A DNA stretch of 64,000 nt, from the IMG/VR virus record IMGVR_UViG_3300048672_001051, positions 1 through 64,000 of that record. The stretch is one strand, 5' to 3'. A program made the translations under genes and the position numbers. Positions 1 to 7,609 of the stretch are shown piece by piece; position 1 is the first letter of the stretch; each line of letters opens with the position of its first letter. Under the pieces are notes generated by a model. It saw only the letters and a list, made by a program, of their open reading frames with translations. It had not been told where the DNA came from and did no database searches.

Positions 1-2
1 CT

Positions 3-660
3 GCAATTGCATATGTTGCCACTGCGAGTTTGCCGCTGACTGTTATTGCCCCTGCCGGTGCTAATTTCGTTGCGTTTAATTTGGCAACAGATACAGCAAC
101 AAGTTGGTCAAATATCCAGTTTGAGTTAGGCGCGGTTGCCACGGCATATGTGCCGTTTGGTGCAAGCTACAAAATCGACGGCGGCGCGATACAAGATCTG
201 CCGCCGGAAACGATTGGCACAGTCGTAGGCTTGCAATCTGCGTTAGATGCAAAGCTAAACGCCGCCGATGTTTTAACAGCAAGTGCAAAGCCATATGACA
301 GGCTGACAGCATCTAAAAATATGTTTGCCGACTCAAATGTCGTGATGGGTAGCTATCTAAATAACGTCGGCGCTATCCGGTTACTAACAGGTTGGACGCG
401 GTCGGGGATCATCCCCGTTGTGGCAGGCCAAACTTACACTCTGTCGGGGAGCAGAAACCGTATAGGTCTGGCGTGGTTTGCCGCATCAACCGATCTGACA
501 GCAATCTCTTATGTCGCCACTGCGGGCTTACCACTCACTGTCACAGCACCGGCGGGGGCTAATTTTGTTGCGTTTAATTTGGCAACAGATACAGCAACGG
601 CGTGGTCAAATGTCCAGCTTGAGCTTGGGGCGGTTGCAACGGCGTATACGCCCTACGTTG
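3..660 (+). repeat. Intragenic tandem domain duplication, period 498 nt (166 aa)
   Basis: About 3-160 matches about 501-660; the 32-mer gttgcgtttaatttggcaacagatacagcaac is identical at 69-100 and 567-598. Confidence 0.9.
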
Positions 661-2141
661 CGCCAACATACCGCATTGACGGCAGCTACGTTGACAACAT
701 CCCATCGCCAACAGTATCGGCGTTGGGCACATTTACTGGCGGCGCAACTACTCAAACTATCAAAGGCGTGCAGGGTGCGGACACTATTGTGCATACAGTC
801 GTCATCAACAAAGCGCCTACACATGATGTGTCACGGGTTTTTAACTGGCTATCGACTGCATTAAATGGCCTGACACTACATTCGATGGGTGATGATGCTG
901 CGGCGTATCGTCTTAATGAGACGACCATTGGGGCAAATCACGGTTACAACCGCAGTTGCTTGACCGCAGCGGCACACGGTAAAACCTTTATTGATGTGGG
1001 CAGTGTGTGGGTCGATGGCGCAAGTAAGCAGTGGGTACTGGCAGTTATTGATAGCACCGGAGCACTGAGCTTTACCGCTCGCACCGACAACACTGGCATC
1101 GTTGCAACGTCGGGCACTTTGACGCATGTCAGCGGCGCGACAAATACGGCATCTGTGAGTTGGACGGCAGTGAGTCAGGAGCAGTGGTACCCAATGCTCA
1201 AAAACCATGTTGTCAACGTCACTGCTGATAGTCGTCCGATTGATCCAGCAAGTACAACACCGGTGCAATTTGAGCGCCTAACGATTGCGCAGTCATACGA
1301 GTTGATGACCAAAACATCTATCGTCGAGTGGCTAATCGCACGCACAAAAACCAATGTTGATTTGACTGAGTATGCGGCCGCACCAAACGTCAGTGTCAGT
1401 ATGACTCATGTGTTTGATAAATATGGCAACTGCACGATTGCAACTGACATTTTAGCACTTGATACCGTCCCATTAAGCGCATCCGCTGCCGCCATTTTAT
1501 TTAGCATGACGGCGCGGCTGACTCCAAACTTGGATGGCAATGTGTACTACTACATGCCAAATGCGCTATCACTAACTCACGAGTCTGTCGTGTACGACTT
1601 TGCAAACAAGGCTGATGTCAGCACGTTTGCGCCGTCAACTAGACTTGATATGACACCGGATCGGGTTGCATCGGGCAAAACCATCAATCGTGTTGTGCAA
1701 CTAACAAACAACTGGGGCTACGCATCTGGGTTTTTGCCGATCCTGTCCGCCAGTCCCGCGAATCGACCAACGCTTGCAGCGCGTAAGTCGCTACAGCTCA
1801 ACAACAGCGGGGCAAAGATTTATTTTAGTGCTGTTGATAGTGCGTCGATCACAACGATGGCAGCGGGTGACTACTACAGCGCCGTCTGCTACCGCAACTA
1901 CTTCCGGCGGCCAGCCGCTCGCACTGACAGTTACGCTGTTTGCAGTCGCCAAGGTGATTTCCACTTTATGGATTGGCACATCGCAACAACTGACCGTGTA
2001 CCGCTGCCGCCGGAGCTACAGGGACGGGCTTTTACAGTGTTTGACAAGTCGGACTCTGTGACTGTGTTGAGTCAGATTGCTACATCTTCGGTTGCATGCA
2101 AGATAGCCGACGCAGTTTATACAATTCTAAAATTTATATAA
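3..2141 (+). CDS. Fibre/receptor-binding protein with tandem beta-rich (carbohydrate-binding-like) repeats, 5'-truncated
   Basis: Frame is open from the window edge (AIAYVATASLPLTV...), so the TTG at 30 is not the real start. Duplicated unit TAPAGANFVAFNL...QLELGAVATAY is typical of phage fibre proteins. GC is visibly higher than in the rest of the window. Confidence 0.65.
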   Translation, partial: AIAYVATASLPLTVIAPAGANFVAFNLATDTATSWSNIQFELGAVATAYVPFGASYKIDGGAIQDLPPETIGTVVGLQSALDAKLNAADVLTASAKPYDRLTASKNMFADSNVVMGSYLNNVGAIRLLTGWTRSGIIPVVAGQTYTLSGSRNRIGLAWFAASTDLTAISYVATAGLPLTVTAPAGANFVAFNLATDTATAWSNVQLELGAVATAYTPYVAPTYRIDGSYVDNIPSPTVSALGTFTGGATTQTIKGVQGADTIVHTVVINKAPTHDVSRVFNWLSTALNGLTLHSMGDDAAAYRLNETTIGANHGYNRSCLTAAAHGKTFIDVGSVWVDGASKQWVLAVIDSTGALSFTARTDNTGIVATSGTLTHVSGATNTASVSWTAVSQEQWYPMLKNHVVNVTADSRPIDPASTTPVQFERLTIAQSYELMTKTSIVEWLIARTKTNVDLTEYAAAPNVSVSMTHVFDKYGNCTIATDILALDTVPLSASAAAILFSMTARLTPNLDGNVYYYMPNALSLTHESVVYDFANKADVSTFAPSTRLDMTPDRVASGKTINRVVQLTNNWGYASGFLPILSASPANRPTLAARKSLQLNNSGAKIYFSAVDSASITTMAAGDYYSAVCYRNYFRRPAARTDSYAVCSRQGDFHFMDWHIATTDRVPLPPELQGRAFTVFDKSDSVTVLSQIATSSVACKIADAVYTILKFI

Positions 2142-2158
2142 TATGTTATGGACTTACT

Positions 2159-4000
2159 ATGCAAATAACAATGACAGCGGCTGATGATAAATTTATATTC
2201 TTATCAAATGATATAAAATTAGCGCCAGCCGATATATTAACAATAGATGCTGATGAGATATCATTAGGCGTCTTAGCAACAATAAGAGACAACTACTTAC
2301 TAAAAAATCTAACTTTAAGTTTGGACGACTACAGTATAGTGTTGACAAGAATCATAGAAGAATCTTCAGGTGTTAATGGGTACTTCGATAAACCTAATGG
2401 AGTTCCGCAACTAGATAACACTAAACTTATAAGATCACAATACCTACCTAGCTATATTGACGATATTATCGAATTTGACAGTATTCTAGATTTTCCGATC
2501 AGTGGTGACTTAGATAAAATATATGTTGATTCTAACAGCCAATTAGCTTATAGGTATCAAGGTACTACATATTATCCGCTAGGGAAAGGTGGAAGTAGTG
2601 ATGATCTAGTAGAAGGTGCAACCAATTTATTCTACACTCAAGCCAGAAAAAATGACTTAGTACACAGTGTTAATGGCTCAAAAGGCAATGTTAATACTGC
2701 AACAGTCGCACAAGGTGCTAAAGCAGACACCGCAGTTCAACCAAATCAGCTAGCTACAATTGCAACAACAGGGAGTTACAGTAATCTTAATAATGTACCT
2801 GGCTATGTAAATCAACTAGGCCTACTTAGTATGGCGCCTAATAAGGTTCTAGAGACTAATAGTAGTAATAATTTAGTACTTACAGATAAGATTGCGCATT
2901 ATGTAACACAAAGTTATACTACTGCTAGTCCTTATACAAACGGACTTGTAGCTATCTCTCCCGATAATACAACACTTGCAAACAGTAGCTTGTTATTCAC
3001 ACTGAATGGCACTGGAGGTTTTGGAATAGCTTTAAACAGCCTTGTAGGCAACCAGAGAGGCTATAATGCTATAGATCTTCAACTCGGGAGGCTTGACGCC
3101 ACTCAAGTTGCTTCTGGCTCGTACAGCATAGCTATAGGCGCTACCAATAAAGCTTCTGCTGGGTATGCAACAGCAATAGGTTACGGCAACACTGTTACTG
3201 TTACTGAAGGTTACGCATTCGGCTATCAGAATATTGTTAGTGGAACCCAAGCTATTGCTGTTGGACGCTCTTCAACAGCATCCGGCTCCGGTAGCGCAGC
3301 ATTTGGCAACGGCGCTAGAGCAACAGGCGTAAATTCAGTAGCAGTAGGTGGCTCCACATCTTCGGGCACAAGTAGTGTAAGCCTCGGGGGCGGGACAGCT
3401 TCTGGCCAAGGGGCGCTAGTTTGCGGTAATGTTTCAACAACTGCCAGCGGAATCTATGCTATAGGCCTCGGATTTCAAGCTATTGCTAGCGGCAAATATA
3501 GCTTTGCAGTAGGCTACAATTGTAGGGCTACTGGCGACTATTCAGTAGCCTTAGGCTACGCAGCAGACGCAAGAAATATTCGCAATTATGTAGTATTTGG
3601 AAGCGGAACAAGTTGGAACCAACGGGGCAACGTAAGTTTGTCTGTATTTATACCTGCAGGCACAGCCGGAAGATCCATCACAATGTTGACAACTGGCGTA
3701 AATAACGGCTCAGCTGGTGATGAATTAACTGTCTCCAGTGTACTGGCAGCTACAGGTACAGCAATTATGACTGACGATGTAGATGTAAAATGGTGGACAT
3801 TCAAATTTTGTGCTAAGCCTAGTTCATTTATAACAACACCGAGCATAATTGCCGAAGGTTCAACAAACAACACAAACACTTCGAGCTGGGGTTTAGACAT
3901 CTCAATTGCAGGATCAACTTTGAGATTTAGCGCAATAACTGGAACAACCCAGGCGCGAATTACAGCAAATTTAAACATAACAGACATGATAGCACTTTAA
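2159..4000 (+). CDS. Fibre protein with YadA-head (Hep/Hag)-like repeats
   Basis: Start moved to ATG 2159 (ggact upstream). Fibre motifs NGVPQLD..QYLPSYIDD and DDLVEGATNLFYTQAR, then many A-S-G-x-x-[SA]-x-A-[IVL]-G repeats (aa about 320-475). Confidence 0.75.
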   Translation: MQITMTAADDKFIFLSNDIKLAPADILTIDADEISLGVLATIRDNYLLKNLTLSLDDYSIVLTRIIEESSGVNGYFDKPNGVPQLDNTKLIRSQYLPSYIDDIIEFDSILDFPISGDLDKIYVDSNSQLAYRYQGTTYYPLGKGGSSDDLVEGATNLFYTQARKNDLVHSVNGSKGNVNTATVAQGAKADTAVQPNQLATIATTGSYSNLNNVPGYVNQLGLLSMAPNKVLETNSSNNLVLTDKIAHYVTQSYTTASPYTNGLVAISPDNTTLANSSLLFTLNGTGGFGIALNSLVGNQRGYNAIDLQLGRLDATQVASGSYSIAIGATNKASAGYATAIGYGNTVTVTEGYAFGYQNIVSGTQAIAVGRSSTASGSGSAAFGNGARATGVNSVAVGGSTSSGTSSVSLGGGTASGQGALVCGNVSTTASGIYAIGLGFQAIASGKYSFAVGYNCRATGDYSVALGYAADARNIRNYVVFGSGTSWNQRGNVSLSVFIPAGTAGRSITMLTTGVNNGSAGDELTVSSVLAATGTAIMTDDVDVKWWTFKFCAKPSSFITTPSIIAEGSTNNTNTSSWGLDISIAGSTLRFSAITGTTQARITANLNITDMIAL

Positions 4001-4002
4001 AA

Positions 4003-4479
4003 ATGAGTAAATACAATCTAGGTAACACTTCAAAATCAAGACTAACTGGCGTTCATCCCGACATTGCAAAAGTCGTTAACCGCGCTATACAGATAACAAC
4101 ACAAGACTTTATGGTTCTAGAAGGAGTCCGTAGTAAAGAGCAGTGCTACATTAATTGGGGCAAAGGACGTTCAGCTGCAACTTTAATCGAAGCTGGAGTG
4201 CCACATAAATATGCACAACCAAATATGTCTAAAGTGACTTGGTTGAGAAATCCGCTAAGCTCTAAGCATTGTCTACAGAAAGATGGCTACGGTCATGCTG
4301 TGGACTTAGTACCATATCCAGTAGACTGGAATACTCTTTCAAAGTTTGACGCGATAGGTAAAGCTATGATGACTGCAGCGAAAGAATTAAATGTCAGCAT
4401 TCGTTGGGGTGCTGATTGGGATAGAGACGGTAAATTAAGAGAACGTGGTGAGTCAGACAGCCCACACTTCGAAATATAA
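4003..4479 (+). CDS. Endolysin, M15 family Zn peptidase (L-Ala-D-Glu peptidase-like)
   Basis: S..RLTGVHPD, EGVRSKEQ, SKH...GHAVD (H-x-D Zn ligands), IRWGADW, DSPHFE. Confidence 0.9.
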   Translation: MSKYNLGNTSKSRLTGVHPDIAKVVNRAIQITTQDFMVLEGVRSKEQCYINWGKGRSAATLIEAGVPHKYAQPNMSKVTWLRNPLSSKHCLQKDGYGHAVDLVPYPVDWNTLSKFDAIGKAMMTAAKELNVSIRWGADWDRDGKLRERGESDSPHFEI

Positions 4480-4492
4480 GCATATCACTGAT

Positions 4493-4966
4493 ATGGTTTC
4501 TAGTTATATACTAGAAACCTATCCGTTTCATAAAGAACCGCATACATACTCTAATGGCTTGATTGTCTTAGGGTATGGCCACAGAATGTCCAAAGAAGAG
4601 CCTTATAAGCGTTTAACTAAAAATAAAGCTAAGGAGTTGTTTTATAAAGATAAAATTAAAATCGAGACTTATTTAAATAAGCGAAAACTATATACCTTAA
4701 CCCAAGAAGAATTTGACGTATTGTTCCATTTTATATATGATCACGGTGTGAACGTTACAAACTCATCTCGATTTGCACACTTCCTTTTAACTAAAAACAC
4801 GGAAGAGGCTTGTAAAGAAATTTTACGGTGGAAATCATATAGAGGCTTATATGATAAAAATCTAGCAGATAGAAGAGATTATGATTACAATATATTAAAA
4901 TTTAAACAATACGAAATAGGTATAACAAATGAATCCAAAAGTAGAAGAATTACTTTTAATGGCTAA
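4493..4966 (+). CDS. GH24 (phage lysozyme)-like protein, catalytic residues apparently lost
   Basis: LGYGH, LTQEEFDVLFHFIYDHG, ACKEILRW and LADRR match the GH24 scaffold, but the E/D/T triad positions read Y/Y/V. Start moved to ATG 4493. Confidence 0.7.
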   Translation: MVSSYILETYPFHKEPHTYSNGLIVLGYGHRMSKEEPYKRLTKNKAKELFYKDKIKIETYLNKRKLYTLTQEEFDVLFHFIYDHGVNVTNSSRFAHFLLTKNTEEACKEILRWKSYRGLYDKNLADRRDYDYNILKFKQYEIGITNESKSRRITFNG

Positions 4967-7052
4967 AAATCTTGGCCTTCAAAAAACAACAGAAGATGAG
5001 TCTAAAACTATCGCTGTAGTTACCGAACAACTTCCATCTGTCTACGAGACACCCACTTTAGGTTTAAACCTAAACACAACTTTCACTACAGATCATATAT
5101 TAACTTCTGTGAAAGTCCCCGCATATAAAAATTTAAATCTTACGGCCGATCAAACAGCCACTACACGAGCTCGTGTAGGTAGACTGACCACAGGTGCCAG
5201 CGCTGCAGTTCCGCTGGCTTGTAGGGGCAGTACATGCCCATTTAAAGCTACTTGCCTAGATGGTGACACTCTAGTTATGACTCCAGGCAAAAATGAATTT
5301 GTAAAAATAAAAAATCTAAAGAAAAACTCTCAAGTGTATTCATACAACGCTGAGACAGGTACGCTAGAGAAAGATAGGGTAGTTGCTATTTTAAGCCAAG
5401 GCATTAAAGAAGTATTTAAAATAACAACAGAGACAGGTAAAATATTAATTTGTACTGAAGACCATCCAATCTTGACAACAAATATAAATAATCAACCAAT
5501 TTTTCTTAAGTTGTGTACAGGCCTAACTGTAGGCTCAGCTATTTACGTCACAGACTATGATACAGATTTAATTGAGTTGAACGACTTTGGAGATCTTTTT
5601 GAAGATAAAATTAAAAGCATTTCATATGAAGGTTTAAAAGATGTTTATGATATTAGTGTTAATATAAATAATACATTTATTGCCAACGGCATAGCCGTCC
5701 ATAATTGCCAACCGACAGATGAGCAAGTACTTGTTGCAGATAAAGGTTATAAGAATATCCAAGACTTAGATCCTACAACAGATAAAGTTGTGACGATGAC
5801 TGAAAAGACTGGTGTTATAAATTATACAGGTAAGGAATTCACACTTCACCAGAGAAGTTACTCAGACACAATTTACACAATTAGTAATGGTATTAATTCT
5901 TACAAGTGTACTAAAGATCATATCTGCTATGCGACATTTAACAAAACTTCTATTAAAAAGCACTTAGTATATTTAATGAGAGTTGGCGACAAGTTTAGAG
6001 TTGGTGTCACAACATTAATGCAAGAGATGCCTAAGAATGGGCGTAGAGTAGGCCCTAGATACGCATTCGGATTGAGAGTTCGTGTAAACATGGAGAAAGC
6101 TGATTGTGCATGGATACTAGGTATTTATGACACAAGAGTTGAAGCTTTGTTAGACGAGGAATACTATTCAATTAAACTTAAAGCACCTAAGTCTTTATTT
6201 ATTGCTGATGATGCTGCGAGACATACCTCGTGGAACGGTAAAAGTAAGCGGGTAACTCAACAACAACTTGACGCCCAATTTAATAAGCTGAACGGTTCAG
6301 TTGAATTTTATGCTAACTTTTTAAAATCTAAAAACTTAGACATAGACTACCCATTCGTAACTCGAAATGGTGGTGCAGTAATACAGATAGGCCTGCCTAT
6401 GCACGTCCGCGCATGCAATTTGATTGACGGCTACATGGACATTGTTAGCGTAGATAGTGGTGTGCAAAGTACACAAAAATTACCATTAAAAGTAACTAGC
6501 AAAGATTTTTATCACGGTTCTGTATACTCTCTAGACGTAGCTGAAGACCATAATTATTTCACTACTGGCGGAATCTTAACTAAGAATTGCCCTTACTATG
6601 AAATTAATGCGCATCAAATAGGCGAAGACTGTTTAGTTGAAGCACAATTAATAGAATTTTATACTGCTAAATTTATAGAAGAATTTGCCATAGATCCAAA
6701 CTCAATAACTGAAGTACATCTAATATCTAGATTAGTAGAAATAACTATATACGAAATTAGAATGACTCAGTACTTAAAACTTAACGACCAAGATTTGATG
6801 GCTGATTTTGTCACAGGTACAGACCTTAACGGTGGCGCTATAACAAACAAAGGGGCGTCCATCGCGTTAGATGTCCAGGAAAAACTTTCTCGTCAGAAAA
6901 TGAAAATACTAGAGTCTTTGAATGGTACTAGAGAACGCAAGACTAAAATATTACTAGAAACTAAATCAACAGAGCGTGATAGTAGCTTGTCAGACTTAAG
7001 AAATAAACTAGACAGATTAGCGCAAGAAATTAATGCAAAGGTAGTTAACTAA
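4929..7052 (+). CDS. Cys-cluster protein (about 262 aa after splicing) interrupted by two tandem inteins; possibly packaging-related
   Basis: Exteins ...ACRGSTCPFKAT and CPYYEINAHQIGEDC... flank two complete HINT domains. C-terminal extein looks helical/coiled-coil. Confidence 0.8.
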   Translation: MNPKVEELLLMAKNLGLQKTTEDESKTIAVVTEQLPSVYETPTLGLNLNTTFTTDHILTSVKVPAYKNLNLTADQTATTRARVGRLTTGASAAVPLACRGSTCPFKATCLDGDTLVMTPGKNEFVKIKNLKKNSQVYSYNAETGTLEKDRVVAILSQGIKEVFKITTETGKILICTEDHPILTTNINNQPIFLKLCTGLTVGSAIYVTDYDTDLIELNDFGDLFEDKIKSISYEGLKDVYDISVNINNTFIANGIAVHNCQPTDEQVLVADKGYKNIQDLDPTTDKVVTMTEKTGVINYTGKEFTLHQRSYSDTIYTISNGINSYKCTKDHICYATFNKTSIKKHLVYLMRVGDKFRVGVTTLMQEMPKNGRRVGPRYAFGLRVRVNMEKADCAWILGIYDTRVEALLDEEYYSIKLKAPKSLFIADDAARHTSWNGKSKRVTQQQLDAQFNKLNGSVEFYANFLKSKNLDIDYPFVTRNGGAVIQIGLPMHVRACNLIDGYMDIVSVDSGVQSTQKLPLKVTSKDFYHGSVYSLDVAEDHNYFTTGGILTKNCPYYEINAHQIGEDCLVEAQLIEFYTAKFIEEFAIDPNSITEVHLISRLVEITIYEIRMTQYLKLNDQDLMADFVTGTDLNGGAITNKGASIALDVQEKLSRQKMKILESLNGTRERKTKILLETKSTERDSSLSDLRNKLDRLAQEINAKVVN
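5253..5705 (+). mobile_element. Mini-intein 1 (151 aa)
   Basis: Block A CLDGDTLV, block B CTEDHPIL, block F VYDISV, block G FIANGIAVHN followed by Cys; no endonuclease domain. Confidence 0.93.
5706..6587 (+). mobile_element. Intein 2 (294 aa) with a central GIY-YIG-like domain
   Basis: CQPTDEQVLV...KNIQDL, block B CTKDH, block F VYSLDV, end HNYFTTGGILTKN followed by Cys. Insert VYLMRVGDKFRVGVT...R...EALLDE. Confidence 0.88.
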
Positions 7053-7054
7053 TT

Positions 7055-7609
7055 ATGTTTATGAACCCAGTTGTGAGCCAAGAAGACCGCAAACTAATAG
7101 GGCACTTAGTTAAGAAGAAAAAACAGAGTGGTAAATACACACACGTTTACTACAATAAAAAAGATTCTAATAACAACTTAAAATATGTAACTGGTGAATT
7201 CTACTCTGCTAAGAATAAAGCACATATGACATATAGGTCATCTTACGAACTGAAGTTCTTACAAACATTAGAAAGTAATGATGACGTTGAAAGATATGCG
7301 TCTGAGTGCTTTACACTACCATATATAAATATTAGTGGTGTAAGAAAAACATATATACCAGACCTGTTAGTTGTATATAAGTCGGGTAAAATTGATATTT
7401 GTGAAATTAAGCCTAAGGCTATGCTAGTTAACGGTGACGTTCAAAGAAAAGCTGCAGCCTGTAGGCAGTTTATAATCTCTAATTTTAAAGGTATTGACTG
7501 CCAGTATAAATTTGTCACAGAAGATGACTTATTTATAAACAGTACGGATTATTCAAAGTTTTTAAAAAGTATAAAAGTAGGTAAAGAATACCATGGCAAC
7601 CAATCGTGA
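7055..7609 (+). CDS. TnsA-like PD-(D/E)xK endonuclease / head-completion nuclease (T4 gp4-like)
   Basis: YRSSYE, YASE.FTLPY, TYIPDLLV, EIKP motifs. Confidence 0.8.
   Translation: MFMNPVVSQEDRKLIGHLVKKKKQSGKYTHVYYNKKDSNNNLKYVTGEFYSAKNKAHMTYRSSYELKFLQTLESNDDVERYASECFTLPYINISGVRKTYIPDLLVVYKSGKIDICEIKPKAMLVNGDVQRKAAACRQFIISNFKGIDCQYKFVTEDDLFINSTDYSKFLKSIKVGKEYHGNQS

Noticed and set aside
3-660. Repeat pair in the fibre gene as a DGR template/variable repeat
   Set aside because: Both copies are in-frame in one gene, differences are mostly synonymous and not adenine-specific, and no reverse transcriptase is in the window.
7055-7609. TnsA-like gene as evidence of a Tn7 transposon
   Set aside because: No TnsB/TnsC or terminal repeats; stand-alone TnsA-like head-completion nucleases are normal in large myoviruses.
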